DNA of 64,000 nucleotides from Frankiaceae bacterium. Lineage in GTDB: Bacteria > Actinomycetota > Actinomycetes > JAFAQI01. The notes under the pieces are model-generated. The model made no database searches. It worked only from the letters and a program-made list of their open reading frames with translations, and was not told where the DNA came from. The stretch's first letter is position 1; the number at the start of each line of letters is the position of its first letter. Shown in pieces: positions 9,518 through 19,354 of the stretch. Location of the stretch: the NCBI GenBank assembly GCA_019239875.1, contig JAFAZI010000031.1, forward strand, positions 9,233 through 73,232. Reading direction: 5' to 3'. The position numbers and the translations under genes are program-made.

Positions 9518-12500
9518 GTGACGGTCAGCTCTGCGTCTCCCACCATCCGAATTGTCTCGATAAGCGCCGCCGCGCTGGTTGTCGGCGGCCTGCTTGCCGG
9601 CCCTGTGGCGGCGGCATCGAGCCAGGGAAGGACGCCCTACGCCCGCATCGGCAAGGCGCCACGGGTTCCGTCGAGCGCGCACTACGCCGGGCGGACGGCA
9701 TCAAGCCAGCGGGTTTCCGGGTCGGTCGCGCTCAAGGCGCGGAACCCTGAGGCGCTGCGCCGTGAGGCGACCGCCGTGTCGAACCCGCGCTCGGCCAGCT
9801 TTCATCGGTTCTTGGCGAAGGGCGCCTTCGCGGCCAAGTACGGTCCGACCGCCGCTACCATCGCGGCGGTCGAGGACTCGCTGCGTTCTGCCGACCTGAA
9901 GGTCACATCGGTGTCGGCCAACCACCTTTTCGTGCACTTCAGCGGCACCGTGAAGCAGGCCGAGACTGCATTCCGCACCCACCTTGCGAACTACCGGATG
10001 CGGGACGGGCGGACGGCGATGGCGCCGTCGACGCCGGTCTCAATGCCAGCATCGGTGTCGAGCCAGGTGCTCAGCGTCGTCGGCCTCGACACCGTGCTGC
10101 AACCGACCAGCAGTGTCGAGCGAGGTAGCAAGCAGGGGACGAGCGCGCCCCGGCGGCCGAACATTGCCCACTACGCAGGCGCACCCAAACCGTGCCGGGC
10201 CGCGACGCAGGCCGCCAATCTCTTCGGCGGGCTGACCGACGACCAGATCGCGCACGCGTACGGCGTCGACGGTCTCTACAAGAACCACAACACGGGCTCG
10301 GGTCAGACCGTCGCGATCTACGAGCTCGAGCCGTTCTCCCAGACCGACCTCCACAAGTTCAACAAGTGCTACTACGGCAAGACCGCAGCCGATGAGATGG
10401 CCAACCGGCTCGAGGTCGTCAAGGTCGACGGTGGTGCCGGTACCGGCGCCGGCAGCGGCGAGTCGATCCTCGACATCGACGACGTCTCCGGCCTCGCGCC
10501 GGGCGCGAACATCAAGGTCTACGAAGCGCCGAACTCCACGGTCGGCGCGATGGACGAGACCAACCAGATCGTGCAGGACGACACCGCGCAGCAGGTGACG
10601 ACCAGCTGGGGTTTCTGTGAGCTCGACGAGGTGAACCTCGAGCCCGGCTACATCAACGTGGGCAACCAGCTCTACGAGCAGGCGGCGCTGCAAGGCCAGA
10701 CCTGGTTCGCTTCCTCGGGTGATGCAGGCTCCGACTCGTGCGCCTACCAGTCGGCCACGCCATCGGATCCGCAGCTGTCGACCGGCGATCCCGGGACCCA
10801 GCCCTTCGTCGTCGGCGTGGGCGGTACGACGATCACCAACGCCGCGAACTCGCCGACCGAACAGGTCTGGAACGACGGCAACGCGGGCGGTGGCGCGGGC
10901 GGTGGCGTGTCCGCCGTGTGGAGTGCCCCCAGCTGGCAGGTGAAGTTCAACAACAAGGCCGTGGCGGCCGACGCCGTCGCGGAGGGCGGGCTGGACCCGT
11001 GCCCGCAGTCGCCGACGACCGCGGCGCTGTGCCGGGAGACGCCCGACGTGTCACTGCAGGCTGACGAGTACACGGGTGCGATCACCGTTTACATCGGGCA
11101 GTACGGCGGGTGGAACACCTTCGGCGGCACGTCGAGCTCGGCGCCGCTGTGGGCGGCGATCCTCGCCGACATCAATGCCTCCACCAGCTGCCAGGCCTCC
11201 GGCGGCCTGGGGTTCGTCGCACCGGAGCTCTACGCGGTGGCATCGGTGCCGCATGACCGCAAGGCGTCGTTCAACGACGTGACGGTCGGCAACAACGACG
11301 TGTACGACCTGTTCAACGGCAAGTTCTTCGCCGCCCACCCGGGCTATGACATGGCCTCGGGTCTGGGCACGCCGAAGGTCACCGGCGCGAAGGGAAAGGC
11401 CGGGCTGGCGTCGTACCTTTGCGCACTGTCCTCGCCGAACGCGCCGCAGCGACCGACGATCTCGGGCTTGAGCCCGGACACCGTCCCGACTGTGCCGGTC
11501 GGCTCGTTGACGATCACCGGCGCCGATCTCCTCGATGCCACTGCGGTGTCGATCGGCGGCTACCCGGTGCCGGCCGCTAACTGGTCGGCGACGAACGACA
11601 CGCACATCATCGTGTCCACGGTCCCGACCGCGGCGCAGGCGGGTAACGGCGGCGGCGGTCCGCAGGACGGCACCGGGCGCGCCATCGTCAGCGTCACGAC
11701 GGCCGACGGCCAGACAACGCTGGTCACACCGAACGCCACGTTGATGTACGTCGACGGCACGGCCGCCTCACCGGTGCCGGCCGTGACCGGTGTCAGCGCC
11801 TTCGGTGGTTCGAAGGCGGGTGGCAACATCGTGACCGTCTTCGGGTCGGGCTTCACCGACATCGGACCGAACCAGATCACCGGCATCACCGTCGGCAACG
11901 TCGCGGTCGCCAGCTTCGACGTCGTCAGCCCCACCGAGCTCACGATGACGATCCCCGCGTACGACGGCGGCGCCACGGTCTGCAAGCCGGGGACGAATCC
12001 CGCGACCGACGTCTGCCAGACGCAGGTGGTCGTGTCCAACGCAAACGGCGACAGCGACAAGGCGGTGATCGCTCATCCGTATGAGGGTGAGCCCTTCCTG
12101 GGCGCGAGCGGCGGGACCCCGTTGCCGGATTGCGTCGTCGATCACACCTGCGAGATCGTGCCGGCATCGACCGAGTACGACTATTTCGCCGACCCGACGA
12201 TCACCTCGGTCACGACGACCTCCGACGGCGCGTCGCCGGTCTGGGTCAGCGAGCAGGGTGACACGCTCGCGACCGTCGACGGCAAGGGCTTCGACTCGCT
12301 CGGACTGGAGTACGCCGTCATCGGCGATCCGAACAACGCCAACAACCTGGACTACGACATCGTCGACATCACGCCGACAGAGATCCAGCTGATCATCAAC
12401 GGTCACGCACCCACGCGGCAGCCGGTGGTCAAGGCGTTGACCGTGCAGACTCTCGCTGGCCTGTCGAACCCCTCGCCGATCTCCTACGCCGGTATCCCGA

Positions 12501-13432
12501 AGGTGACGAGCGTCGCGCCGCCGTACGTGCGCGACAGCGGCGGCGATCACATCACGATCACCGGCAAGGCGTTCCAGGGCATCGCGGCCAAGGATGGTGG
12601 CGAGCTCATGTACCAGTACGTCCAGGCGGACGCTGCGACAGAGCAGCTGTCGGGCTACACCGCGACGAGTGACACCTCGATCTCGGCGACGACGCCGGCA
12701 AGCAACCCGGGGACCTTTGTCGTCGCGGTCTGCACGATCACGTTCTGTTCCGAGCCACAGAGCTTCAAGTCCTTCGAGAACTCGCTGCTCGACTTCTACG
12801 AGCCGGGCGACCCCGTGGTCACCTCCATCAGCAAGCAGGTCGGCCCGGCATCGGGCGGTACGAAGGTCGTGATTCGCGGGACCGGCCTGTCGGACGCAGT
12901 CGAGGTCGACTTCGGCAAGACGCCGGCGGTACGGCCGCACAACGGCTATCAGATCCTGACCAACGGCAGCAGCACGAAGGTGATCGCGCACTCGCCACCG
13001 GGCACCGCAGGCAAGACGGTGCACGTCACCGTGACGACCGCCGAGAGCATTGCCGAAGGCGCACCGAGTGCGAAGACAAAGGCGACGAAGTTCCACTACG
13101 TCGCAAGTCCGCCGTCGCCGCCACAGGCCATCCAGGCGAAGCCGCATCACACGTCGCTGCACGTGACCTGGAAGGCGCCGGCCTCAGACGGTGGTCACCC
13201 GATCACCGGCTACCGGGTCTCCGCGGTCGCGGTACCGAACAGCTTCAAGCGGCACGCGAAGAAGCCGAAGCCCGTCGTCGTCGACACGAAGAACGGCAAC
13301 GCGCGCTCGGCGACCGCCAAGGGGCTGCGTGGCGGCTGGACGTACTTCGTCAAGGTCCAGGCGATCAACAGTCTCGGCCGCGGGCTCGTCGGCGAGTCAT
13401 CGCGCTTCTACGCGATTCATCAGGCGCCCTAA
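9518..13432 (+). CDS. Secreted S53 (sedolisin/kumamolisin) peptidase with pro-domain, several IPT/TIG domains and C-terminal FN3
   Basis: Signal peptide; ESILD (Glu/Asp), ASSGDAG, GGTSSSAP (Ser), GYDMASGLGTP Ca site; P-x-(I/V)-T-x-(V/I) TIG starts; WKAPASDGGHPITGYRV FN3. Confidence 0.92.
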   Translation: MTVSSASPTIRIVSISAAALVVGGLLAGPVAAASSQGRTPYARIGKAPRVPSSAHYAGRTASSQRVSGSVALKARNPEALRREATAVSNPRSASFHRFLAKGAFAAKYGPTAATIAAVEDSLRSADLKVTSVSANHLFVHFSGTVKQAETAFRTHLANYRMRDGRTAMAPSTPVSMPASVSSQVLSVVGLDTVLQPTSSVERGSKQGTSAPRRPNIAHYAGAPKPCRAATQAANLFGGLTDDQIAHAYGVDGLYKNHNTGSGQTVAIYELEPFSQTDLHKFNKCYYGKTAADEMANRLEVVKVDGGAGTGAGSGESILDIDDVSGLAPGANIKVYEAPNSTVGAMDETNQIVQDDTAQQVTTSWGFCELDEVNLEPGYINVGNQLYEQAALQGQTWFASSGDAGSDSCAYQSATPSDPQLSTGDPGTQPFVVGVGGTTITNAANSPTEQVWNDGNAGGGAGGGVSAVWSAPSWQVKFNNKAVAADAVAEGGLDPCPQSPTTAALCRETPDVSLQADEYTGAITVYIGQYGGWNTFGGTSSSAPLWAAILADINASTSCQASGGLGFVAPELYAVASVPHDRKASFNDVTVGNNDVYDLFNGKFFAAHPGYDMASGLGTPKVTGAKGKAGLASYLCALSSPNAPQRPTISGLSPDTVPTVPVGSLTITGADLLDATAVSIGGYPVPAANWSATNDTHIIVSTVPTAAQAGNGGGGPQDGTGRAIVSVTTADGQTTLVTPNATLMYVDGTAASPVPAVTGVSAFGGSKAGGNIVTVFGSGFTDIGPNQITGITVGNVAVASFDVVSPTELTMTIPAYDGGATVCKPGTNPATDVCQTQVVVSNANGDSDKAVIAHPYEGEPFLGASGGTPLPDCVVDHTCEIVPASTEYDYFADPTITSVTTTSDGASPVWVSEQGDTLATVDGKGFDSLGLEYAVIGDPNNANNLDYDIVDITPTEIQLIINGHAPTRQPVVKALTVQTLAGLSNPSPISYAGIPKVTSVAPPYVRDSGGDHITITGKAFQGIAAKDGGELMYQYVQADAATEQLSGYTATSDTSISATTPASNPGTFVVAVCTITFCSEPQSFKSFENSLLDFYEPGDPVVTSISKQVGPASGGTKVVIRGTGLSDAVEVDFGKTPAVRPHNGYQILTNGSSTKVIAHSPPGTAGKTVHVTVTTAESIAEGAPSAKTKATKFHYVASPPSPPQAIQAKPHHTSLHVTWKAPASDGGHPITGYRVSAVAVPNSFKRHAKKPKPVVVDTKNGNARSATAKGLRGGWTYFVKVQAINSLGRGLVGESSRFYAIHQAP

Positions 13433-13461
13433 CCGCGAGAGATCGCTCGTAGGGTCGAGGG

Positions 13462-16449
13462 GTGCGAGTCGACGTCCTCGGCCCAGTCGCGCTCAGCGAC
13501 GCCGACGGACGAGTCCTGCCGGTCGGCGGTCCGCGGCAGCAGGCGGTGCTCGGCGTGCTCGGCCTGCTCGCGGGTACGCCGGTGCCCCTCGATGCGCTGA
13601 TCGACGCCGTCTGGGCCGGCGCACCACCTCGAACTGCAGAGCACACGCTCCACAACTATGTGCTGCGACTGCGGCGAGCAGGTGTCGCCATCACGCGCGT
13701 CGGGGACGCATACCGACTGGACACGCCGACTGATGCGCAAGTGATGGACGATGCACGTTCGAGCGGAGTTTCGGTCGGCGACGCGCTTGCGTTGGTGCGT
13801 GGCGAACCGGGGCGGGGACTCCCGGACCATGATCTGATCCGGTCGCGTTGCGCCGGGCTGATGGAGACCATCGACTCGCTTCGTGAAGACGCTGCCGCGG
13901 CAGCGTTGGAGGCCGCTGACTCGTCGGCCGCGGCAGGCCGACTGGTCAGTGAGCTACGGAGCCTTGCCACGGCCGCGCCGTATCGGGAACGTCGGTGGGA
14001 GCTGCTGATGCTCGCGCTGTATCGGGCTGGTCGGCAAAGCGATGCCTTGGATGCGTTCGCCCAGGCACGCGCCCTGCTCGCGGACGAGCTCGGGATCGAA
14101 CCGTCGCCCAGCCTCCGCCGGGTGCAACAGGCGGTGCTGTCACAGGATCCCGCGCTCGGTGGCGAAGCCGCCCTAGGCAGGGCTGCAGCGCCGGCCGGTG
14201 CCGGTGGTTGGTCGCTGCCGGGGGTCGCGACCCGTCTGGTGGGGCGGGAGCAAGAACTGCGCACCCTGCATGGCGCGCTGGCGGCGTCACGGCTGGTCAC
14301 CCTCGTCGGACCCATGGGGTCGGGCAAGACCAGGCTCGCGCTCGAGGTCGCGCACGATCAGGCGAGCGAAGTCTGGTTCGTCTCCGTCGAGGGCCTTGCG
14401 GCGCCGACCACGGTCACTGACGCGGTGCTCGCCGTCGTGGCCCCGACCTCGCGGGCCGGCGACGTCACCGCCGGCCTGCTCGCGGCGCTGGCCGCGAGCG
14501 ACGGCCTGCTCGTCCTCGACGGTGCAGAGCAACGGGTGGGTGAGCTGCTCGAGCTCGTCGCCCGGCTGCTTGCCGGATGCCCGAAGCTTCGGCTGCTGGT
14601 CACGTCGCGCCATGCGCTAGGTGCCCGCGACGAGGCAGCGGTGCCGATCGGCTCGCTGTCTGCCCTCGACCGGCGATCTCTCCTGGTTGATCGCGCGCGC
14701 CTGGCCGAGCCGTCGTTCGACCTCACCGTCGCAGATCTTCCCGCTGCGGATCGGCTCTGCGAGCTGCTCGACGGTCTGCCGCTAGGGATTGAGCTGGTCG
14801 CGCGGCACTTGCGGTTCCTCTCAGTGGCGGAGCTCGCGGATCGGGTGGACGCCGACCTCGACCGATGGACCGCTGTGGCCGGTGGAAGCGGCGGCCTGAT
14901 CGGCGCCGTCGCGGCGGAGGTGGCGGCCTTGGCGGCCGACGAGCAGACCCTGCTCACCTGCCTGTCGGTCCTGTCGGCCGGGGCCGATCTCGCGCTGATC
15001 CAGCAAGTAGCCGCGCCGAGCGCGGCAGACGACTGGGTGTTCGACGCGCTGGCCTCCCTGGCTGACCGCAGTCTGGTGCAGCTGCGTGGCGGTCCAGCGG
15101 GCGTGCGCTACGCCGTACTCCTCTCGGTTCGCCGTTTCCTGCTCGGCTTGATCGACGAAGCGGAGCGCCAGCGCATCGAGCGGCGATATGTGACCGCCGT
15201 CCTTAGTCGCTGCGAGCGACTGGCGGCGGAACTGAAGTCGGCCAACCGCTCGGCGGTGTTGACGGCGCTCGACGCCGACGCACCACATCTACGGGCGGCG
15301 CTCGCCGCGGGACTCGACGCCGATCCGGCGGCTGCCCTTCGCGCCGCGACCGGTCTCGCGGACTACTGGCTGGCGCGGCGGCCGGCGGAGGGTCTGGCCT
15401 GGCTGCAGCGGCTGCTGGCCGTCGCGCCGGTCTCCGGCGCGGCGCGCGCCGAGGTCTTGCTTCAGATGGGGCACTTCGCCTACTGGCTGACGGAGTTCGA
15501 CCTGGGCACCAAGTTGTTGGCCGAGGCTCGCGAGCTGCTGTCCGCGGCCACAGAGCCGGTCCTCCTCGGACGTGTCCTTCGGCGGATGGGTGCGATCGCG
15601 GCCGCCAGCGACGATGTCGCTCGTGCGAACCTCCTCCTCTCCGAGTCCGCAGCTGTCCTTGCAGCATCGGGTGCCGAGGTCGAGGAGGCGGTGTCGTTGC
15701 TCCACCTCGGGTCGCTGCTCGCGGACGAGAACCGTCCGGCGGAGGCGCTGCCGCTCCTGGCTCGTGCCCGGGACGCTTTGCGAACGGCCGGCGATCCGCT
15801 GCAGGAGGCTCATGCGCTCGGCGCTCTCACGTTGGCGTGGTGGAAGGCTGGAGACCTTCTGGCGGCCAAGGGTGCGGGCGATCGTGCACTCGAGCGATTC
15901 AGATCCCTCGGCCACCGCCCGAGTGAAGGAGTGGTCGCCTACCGCCTCGCCTCGGTCACCCGTGCGCTCGGTGACTTGCCCGGTTCGCGAGAGTACGTCG
16001 ACATCGCGCTGGAGTCGGGTCGTGAGACCGGCACTCGCACCACGCTGGCTCTGGCGCAGCTCGCCGCGGCTCGACTTGATCTCGATGCCGGCGAACTCGG
16101 GCAGGCGGCGACAGCCGTCAAGGCCGCTCTCGCGAGCCTCGACGTGACGACCGACCGGTGGGTGCTCGTCGAAGGTCTCGAGGTCGCCGGCCGGCTCGAG
16201 GCGATGCGGGGGCGATCGGCGGCTCGTCTGCTGGACCGGGCCGCCGAGCTGCGCGAGGAGATCGGACAGCCCGCCCCGCCGCCGGACGCCGACGAGATCG
16301 CGAAGCTCCGATCGGGGTTGGCGCCGGGCGAAGCTGCGACAACGAGTGCGCCGGATGTGAGCGACACGGCGGCACTGAGGGCTTGGGCACTCGACGTCTG
16401 CTCGGCAGCCGGGCCTGGTGACGCCCGGTCCCCGGCTCCGGTCGGGTGA
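13462..16449 (+). CDS. AfsR/SARP-like regulator: OmpR wHTH + BTAD + STAND NTPase + TPR
   Basis: VLGPV start, PYRERRWELLMLALYRAGRQSDAL, ELGIEPSP, Walker A GPMGSGKT, LLVLD, DGLPLGIEL. Confidence 0.92.
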   Translation: MRVDVLGPVALSDADGRVLPVGGPRQQAVLGVLGLLAGTPVPLDALIDAVWAGAPPRTAEHTLHNYVLRLRRAGVAITRVGDAYRLDTPTDAQVMDDARSSGVSVGDALALVRGEPGRGLPDHDLIRSRCAGLMETIDSLREDAAAAALEAADSSAAAGRLVSELRSLATAAPYRERRWELLMLALYRAGRQSDALDAFAQARALLADELGIEPSPSLRRVQQAVLSQDPALGGEAALGRAAAPAGAGGWSLPGVATRLVGREQELRTLHGALAASRLVTLVGPMGSGKTRLALEVAHDQASEVWFVSVEGLAAPTTVTDAVLAVVAPTSRAGDVTAGLLAALAASDGLLVLDGAEQRVGELLELVARLLAGCPKLRLLVTSRHALGARDEAAVPIGSLSALDRRSLLVDRARLAEPSFDLTVADLPAADRLCELLDGLPLGIELVARHLRFLSVAELADRVDADLDRWTAVAGGSGGLIGAVAAEVAALAADEQTLLTCLSVLSAGADLALIQQVAAPSAADDWVFDALASLADRSLVQLRGGPAGVRYAVLLSVRRFLLGLIDEAERQRIERRYVTAVLSRCERLAAELKSANRSAVLTALDADAPHLRAALAAGLDADPAAALRAATGLADYWLARRPAEGLAWLQRLLAVAPVSGAARAEVLLQMGHFAYWLTEFDLGTKLLAEARELLSAATEPVLLGRVLRRMGAIAAASDDVARANLLLSESAAVLAASGAEVEEAVSLLHLGSLLADENRPAEALPLLARARDALRTAGDPLQEAHALGALTLAWWKAGDLLAAKGAGDRALERFRSLGHRPSEGVVAYRLASVTRALGDLPGSREYVDIALESGRETGTRTTLALAQLAAARLDLDAGELGQAATAVKAALASLDVTTDRWVLVEGLEVAGRLEAMRGRSAARLLDRAAELREEIGQPAPPPDADEIAKLRSGLAPGEAATTSAPDVSDTAALRAWALDVCSAAGPGDARSPAPVG

Positions 16450-16450
16450 G

Positions 16451-16490
16451 GCGCGACTGCGTTGCGACCAGGTTGCGACTGATGTCGACG
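16451..16490 (+). promoter_or_regulatory. Phased direct repeats, candidate SARP operator
   Basis: CGAC cores at 16454, 16465, 16476, 16486 (spacing 11, 11, 10); TTGCGAC twice. Confidence 0.6.
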
Positions 16491-16530
16491 AGCATCGGCG
16501 TCGATACGACACCGGCTCGGAGGTCTTCGC

Positions 16531-17982
16531 ATGCGTACATCACGTTCTCTGCTCAGCGCGGGTGTTGTTGCCTCGGCACTGACCCTTGTCGGCTCGGGGG
16601 CGCACGCTGCCGGAAAGGGTCCCAGACCGGGTCTCGACGGGCCACGGATCACCCTCGCCCGCCACATCGACATGACGGCAGGTGACTCCGATCTGGTCAT
16701 GTCGGCCAACGGCACGGCATATGCAGGATGGCTCGGGTCCCCACCGGGAAGCACCACTCGGGTGGTGTATGCGTGCGTCCTGCCGCCCGGCGCGAAGGGC
16801 TGCAAGGGCGGGGTCCAGTCCACCAGTGCGGTCGCCGGCGCGACGGCGAGCGATCTGCACATGGTCATGCGCAACGGCACGCCGACGTTGCTCTGGCGGC
16901 ACGACACCGAGTCCAGCGGGGCGATCGCGGCCGCCATCATTAACCCGGCAGGCGTCCTCTCCGACAGTGCAGACGTCGCCGCCGGTCCGCGAAACGGCCG
17001 GTTGCTGGACGCGGTCGTCGGTCCCGGCAATGCCATCTGGACGATCACGTATCAGTCGGGTCTGCCACAGCACATCGAGCTGCACGCCGGCCTGACAGCA
17101 GTCGGCACGTCGATCGACACGCCGTGGCCGGTCGGCTACGCGCAGCTGGCATTCGCGGCCGGCAAGCCGGTCGTTGTCGCCACTGACTACGGCGCGATCG
17201 GCACGCCGCCGGCATACTCCACCAGTAAGGGCAACGGCTACACCGCGTTCAAGCCCGTGAAGCACACGTGGGCGGCGGGCGTGAACGTCGGATTGACAAC
17301 TACGTCGTCAGGCCTGCGGTTGACGGCCGCGATCGACAACGCGAACTACTGGCCGGTGGTCGCGAAGTGGAACGGTCACGGCTTCAGCCACCCGACGCCG
17401 ACAGGTGACCGAAGCTCATGTCCGCGTGGCGGACACGACACCTCGACGGAGGCGAGCGGACGGCTCATCGACGTCGCCAACCTCTGCGGCAAGATCACGG
17501 TCTCGAGCGCCGCGAACACCACGCGTGCCGCCCTGATCCGATTCAGCGCCGGTGGCACCGTCGCTGGAAACCGGCCGCAGATCGTCAGCTCGCCGCGCGG
17601 GCATGCCTGGGTCATGTGGGGGATCGAGGACTCGGCAGCCGGGGGCAACGGTGATCAGCTCTTCGTCGCACCAGTGCTGCTGCCGGACACCCATTCCGGC
17701 AAGAAGGCGCACGGCAAGCACGGGACCGTCTCGGTACAGGGGCCGACATCCTGTCTGCCGGCGGACCGGATCTCGGTGCGCATCAAGGCGAACCCCGATC
17801 GCGGCTGGAAGGTGGCCTCGAAGGAGCTCGAGCTCGCGGGCAAGAAGGTTCACCGATCGATCAACGGAGCGTCTCTCAAGCCCGGGAAGAAGTACGCGCT
17901 GATCGGCACCGCGGTGTTCCGCCACCACGGTCACGAGAAGGTGCATGCGAAGCTGAAGTTCCGGAGCTGCCCGAACCCGTAG
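16531..17982 (+). CDS. Secreted hypothetical protein (beta-rich body, Lys/His-rich C-terminal domain)
   Basis: Signal peptide ending GAHA-A, paired Cys, RBS GGAGG. Confidence 0.72.
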   Translation: MRTSRSLLSAGVVASALTLVGSGAHAAGKGPRPGLDGPRITLARHIDMTAGDSDLVMSANGTAYAGWLGSPPGSTTRVVYACVLPPGAKGCKGGVQSTSAVAGATASDLHMVMRNGTPTLLWRHDTESSGAIAAAIINPAGVLSDSADVAAGPRNGRLLDAVVGPGNAIWTITYQSGLPQHIELHAGLTAVGTSIDTPWPVGYAQLAFAAGKPVVVATDYGAIGTPPAYSTSKGNGYTAFKPVKHTWAAGVNVGLTTTSSGLRLTAAIDNANYWPVVAKWNGHGFSHPTPTGDRSSCPRGGHDTSTEASGRLIDVANLCGKITVSSAANTTRAALIRFSAGGTVAGNRPQIVSSPRGHAWVMWGIEDSAAGGNGDQLFVAPVLLPDTHSGKKAHGKHGTVSVQGPTSCLPADRISVRIKANPDRGWKVASKELELAGKKVHRSINGASLKPGKKYALIGTAVFRHHGHEKVHAKLKFRSCPNP

Positions 17983-17991
17983 TCTCGCTGC

Positions 17992-18891
17992 GTGATCTCG
18001 GAGCTCTTCGACCCCGGCGCCTGGACTCAGGTGCCGGGGTTCGACTTCGCGGACATCACGTATCACCGGGCCAACGACTCCGGGACGGTGCGGGTCGCAT
18101 TCAACCGGCCAGAGGTCCGCAACGCGTTCCGCCCGGGCACCGTCGACGAGCTGTTCACCGCGCTCGACCATGCCCGGGGACTCTCGGATGTCGGCTGCGT
18201 CCTGATCACCGGGAACGGGCCGTCAGCGAAGGACGGCGGCTGGGCGTTCTGCTCCGGTGGTGACCAACGGATTCGCGGCCGCGACGGCTATCGGTACGCC
18301 GAAGGCGACACCGCGGAGTCGATCGATCCGGCGCGGGCCGGGCGCCTGCACATCCTCGAGGTGCAGCGGCTGATCCGCTTCATGCCGAAGGTGGTCATCG
18401 CTGTGGTTCCTGGGTGGGCGGCCGGTGGCGGGCACAGCCTGCACGTCGTCTGCGACCTCACGATCGCGAGCCGCGAGCACGCCCGGTTCAAGCAGACCGA
18501 TGCCAAGGTCGCCAGCTTCGACGGCGGCTTCGGCTCGGCATACCTCGCCCGCCAGGTGGGGCAGAAGTTCGCGCGAGAGATCTTCTTCCTCGGCGACGAG
18601 TACGACGCCGACGCGGCGTACCGGATGGGCATGGTCAACACGGTGGTCGATCACGCCGACCTCGAGAGCACCGCACTCGAGTGGGCCGGGAAGGTGAACG
18701 CCATGAGCCCGATGGCGATCCGGATGCTGAAGTACTCGTTCAACCTGATCGATGACGGTCTGGTCGGCCAGCAGCTGTTCGCCGGCGAGGCGACTCGGCT
18801 CGGGTACATGACAGACGAGGCCGCCGAAGGGCGCGACGCGTTCCTCGAACGCCGTGACCCGGACTGGAGCGGTTACCCCTACTACTTCTGA
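17992..18891 (+). CDS. menB: 1,4-dihydroxy-2-naphthoyl-CoA synthase
   Basis: FNRPEVRNAFRP, AFCSGGDQRIRG, GGGHSLHVVCD, SFDGGFGS, QLFAGEATRL. Confidence 0.97.
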   Translation: MISELFDPGAWTQVPGFDFADITYHRANDSGTVRVAFNRPEVRNAFRPGTVDELFTALDHARGLSDVGCVLITGNGPSAKDGGWAFCSGGDQRIRGRDGYRYAEGDTAESIDPARAGRLHILEVQRLIRFMPKVVIAVVPGWAAGGGHSLHVVCDLTIASREHARFKQTDAKVASFDGGFGSAYLARQVGQKFAREIFFLGDEYDADAAYRMGMVNTVVDHADLESTALEWAGKVNAMSPMAIRMLKYSFNLIDDGLVGQQLFAGEATRLGYMTDEAAEGRDAFLERRDPDWSGYPYYF

Positions 18892-19343
18892 GCGGTGACG
18901 AGCTCTTCGATCCGCTCGAGCGTCTTCGTCATGTTCTCGATCGTCTTCTCCCGGGCCGGCCGGACGATCGCCTTGATGACTTCCTCCGAGATGTCCCAGG
19001 TCTCGCGCACCCGCGTGCCGCCGTCGACCGGCTCGAGCTCGTAGCGCCAGATCCGGCCGCCGGCCAGACGCTTGCCGATCGCGGGCCGACTCTGCCAGGC
19101 GATCCGCCGGTTCGGCTCGAACTCGATCACGGTGCTGACCATCGAGTACGGGATGCCGAGGCGCATGTTCATGCCGAACGTCGAGCCGAGCTCGAGCTGT
19201 GACGGCACCGCTTTGGCGGCGCGAACCGTGCCGCTGCCATCGATGTCGCGGTGCCGGTTCGGGTCCGCGATGAGAGCGAAGATCGCTTCGGGAGGCGCGG
19301 GGATGACGCGCTCGACCGATGCCGAGTCGGAGGTGTCTGCCAT
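18882..19343 (-). CDS. SRPBCC/START family protein
   Basis: IFALIADP...DIDGSGTV, IWRYELEP, TRVRETWD. Confidence 0.85.
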   Translation of the reverse strand: MADTSDSASVERVIPAPPEAIFALIADPNRHRDIDGSGTVRAAKAVPSQLELGSTFGMNMRLGIPYSMVSTVIEFEPNRRIAWQSRPAIGKRLAGGRIWRYELEPVDGGTRVRETWDISEEVIKAIVRPAREKTIENMTKTLERIEELVTAQK

Positions 19344-19354
19344 GGCGCCGAACG

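Noticed and set aside
13462-16449. Avs/NLR anti-phage STAND protein
   Set aside because: The N-terminus is wHTH-BTAD, a transcription activator architecture, with no nuclease or other toxic effector
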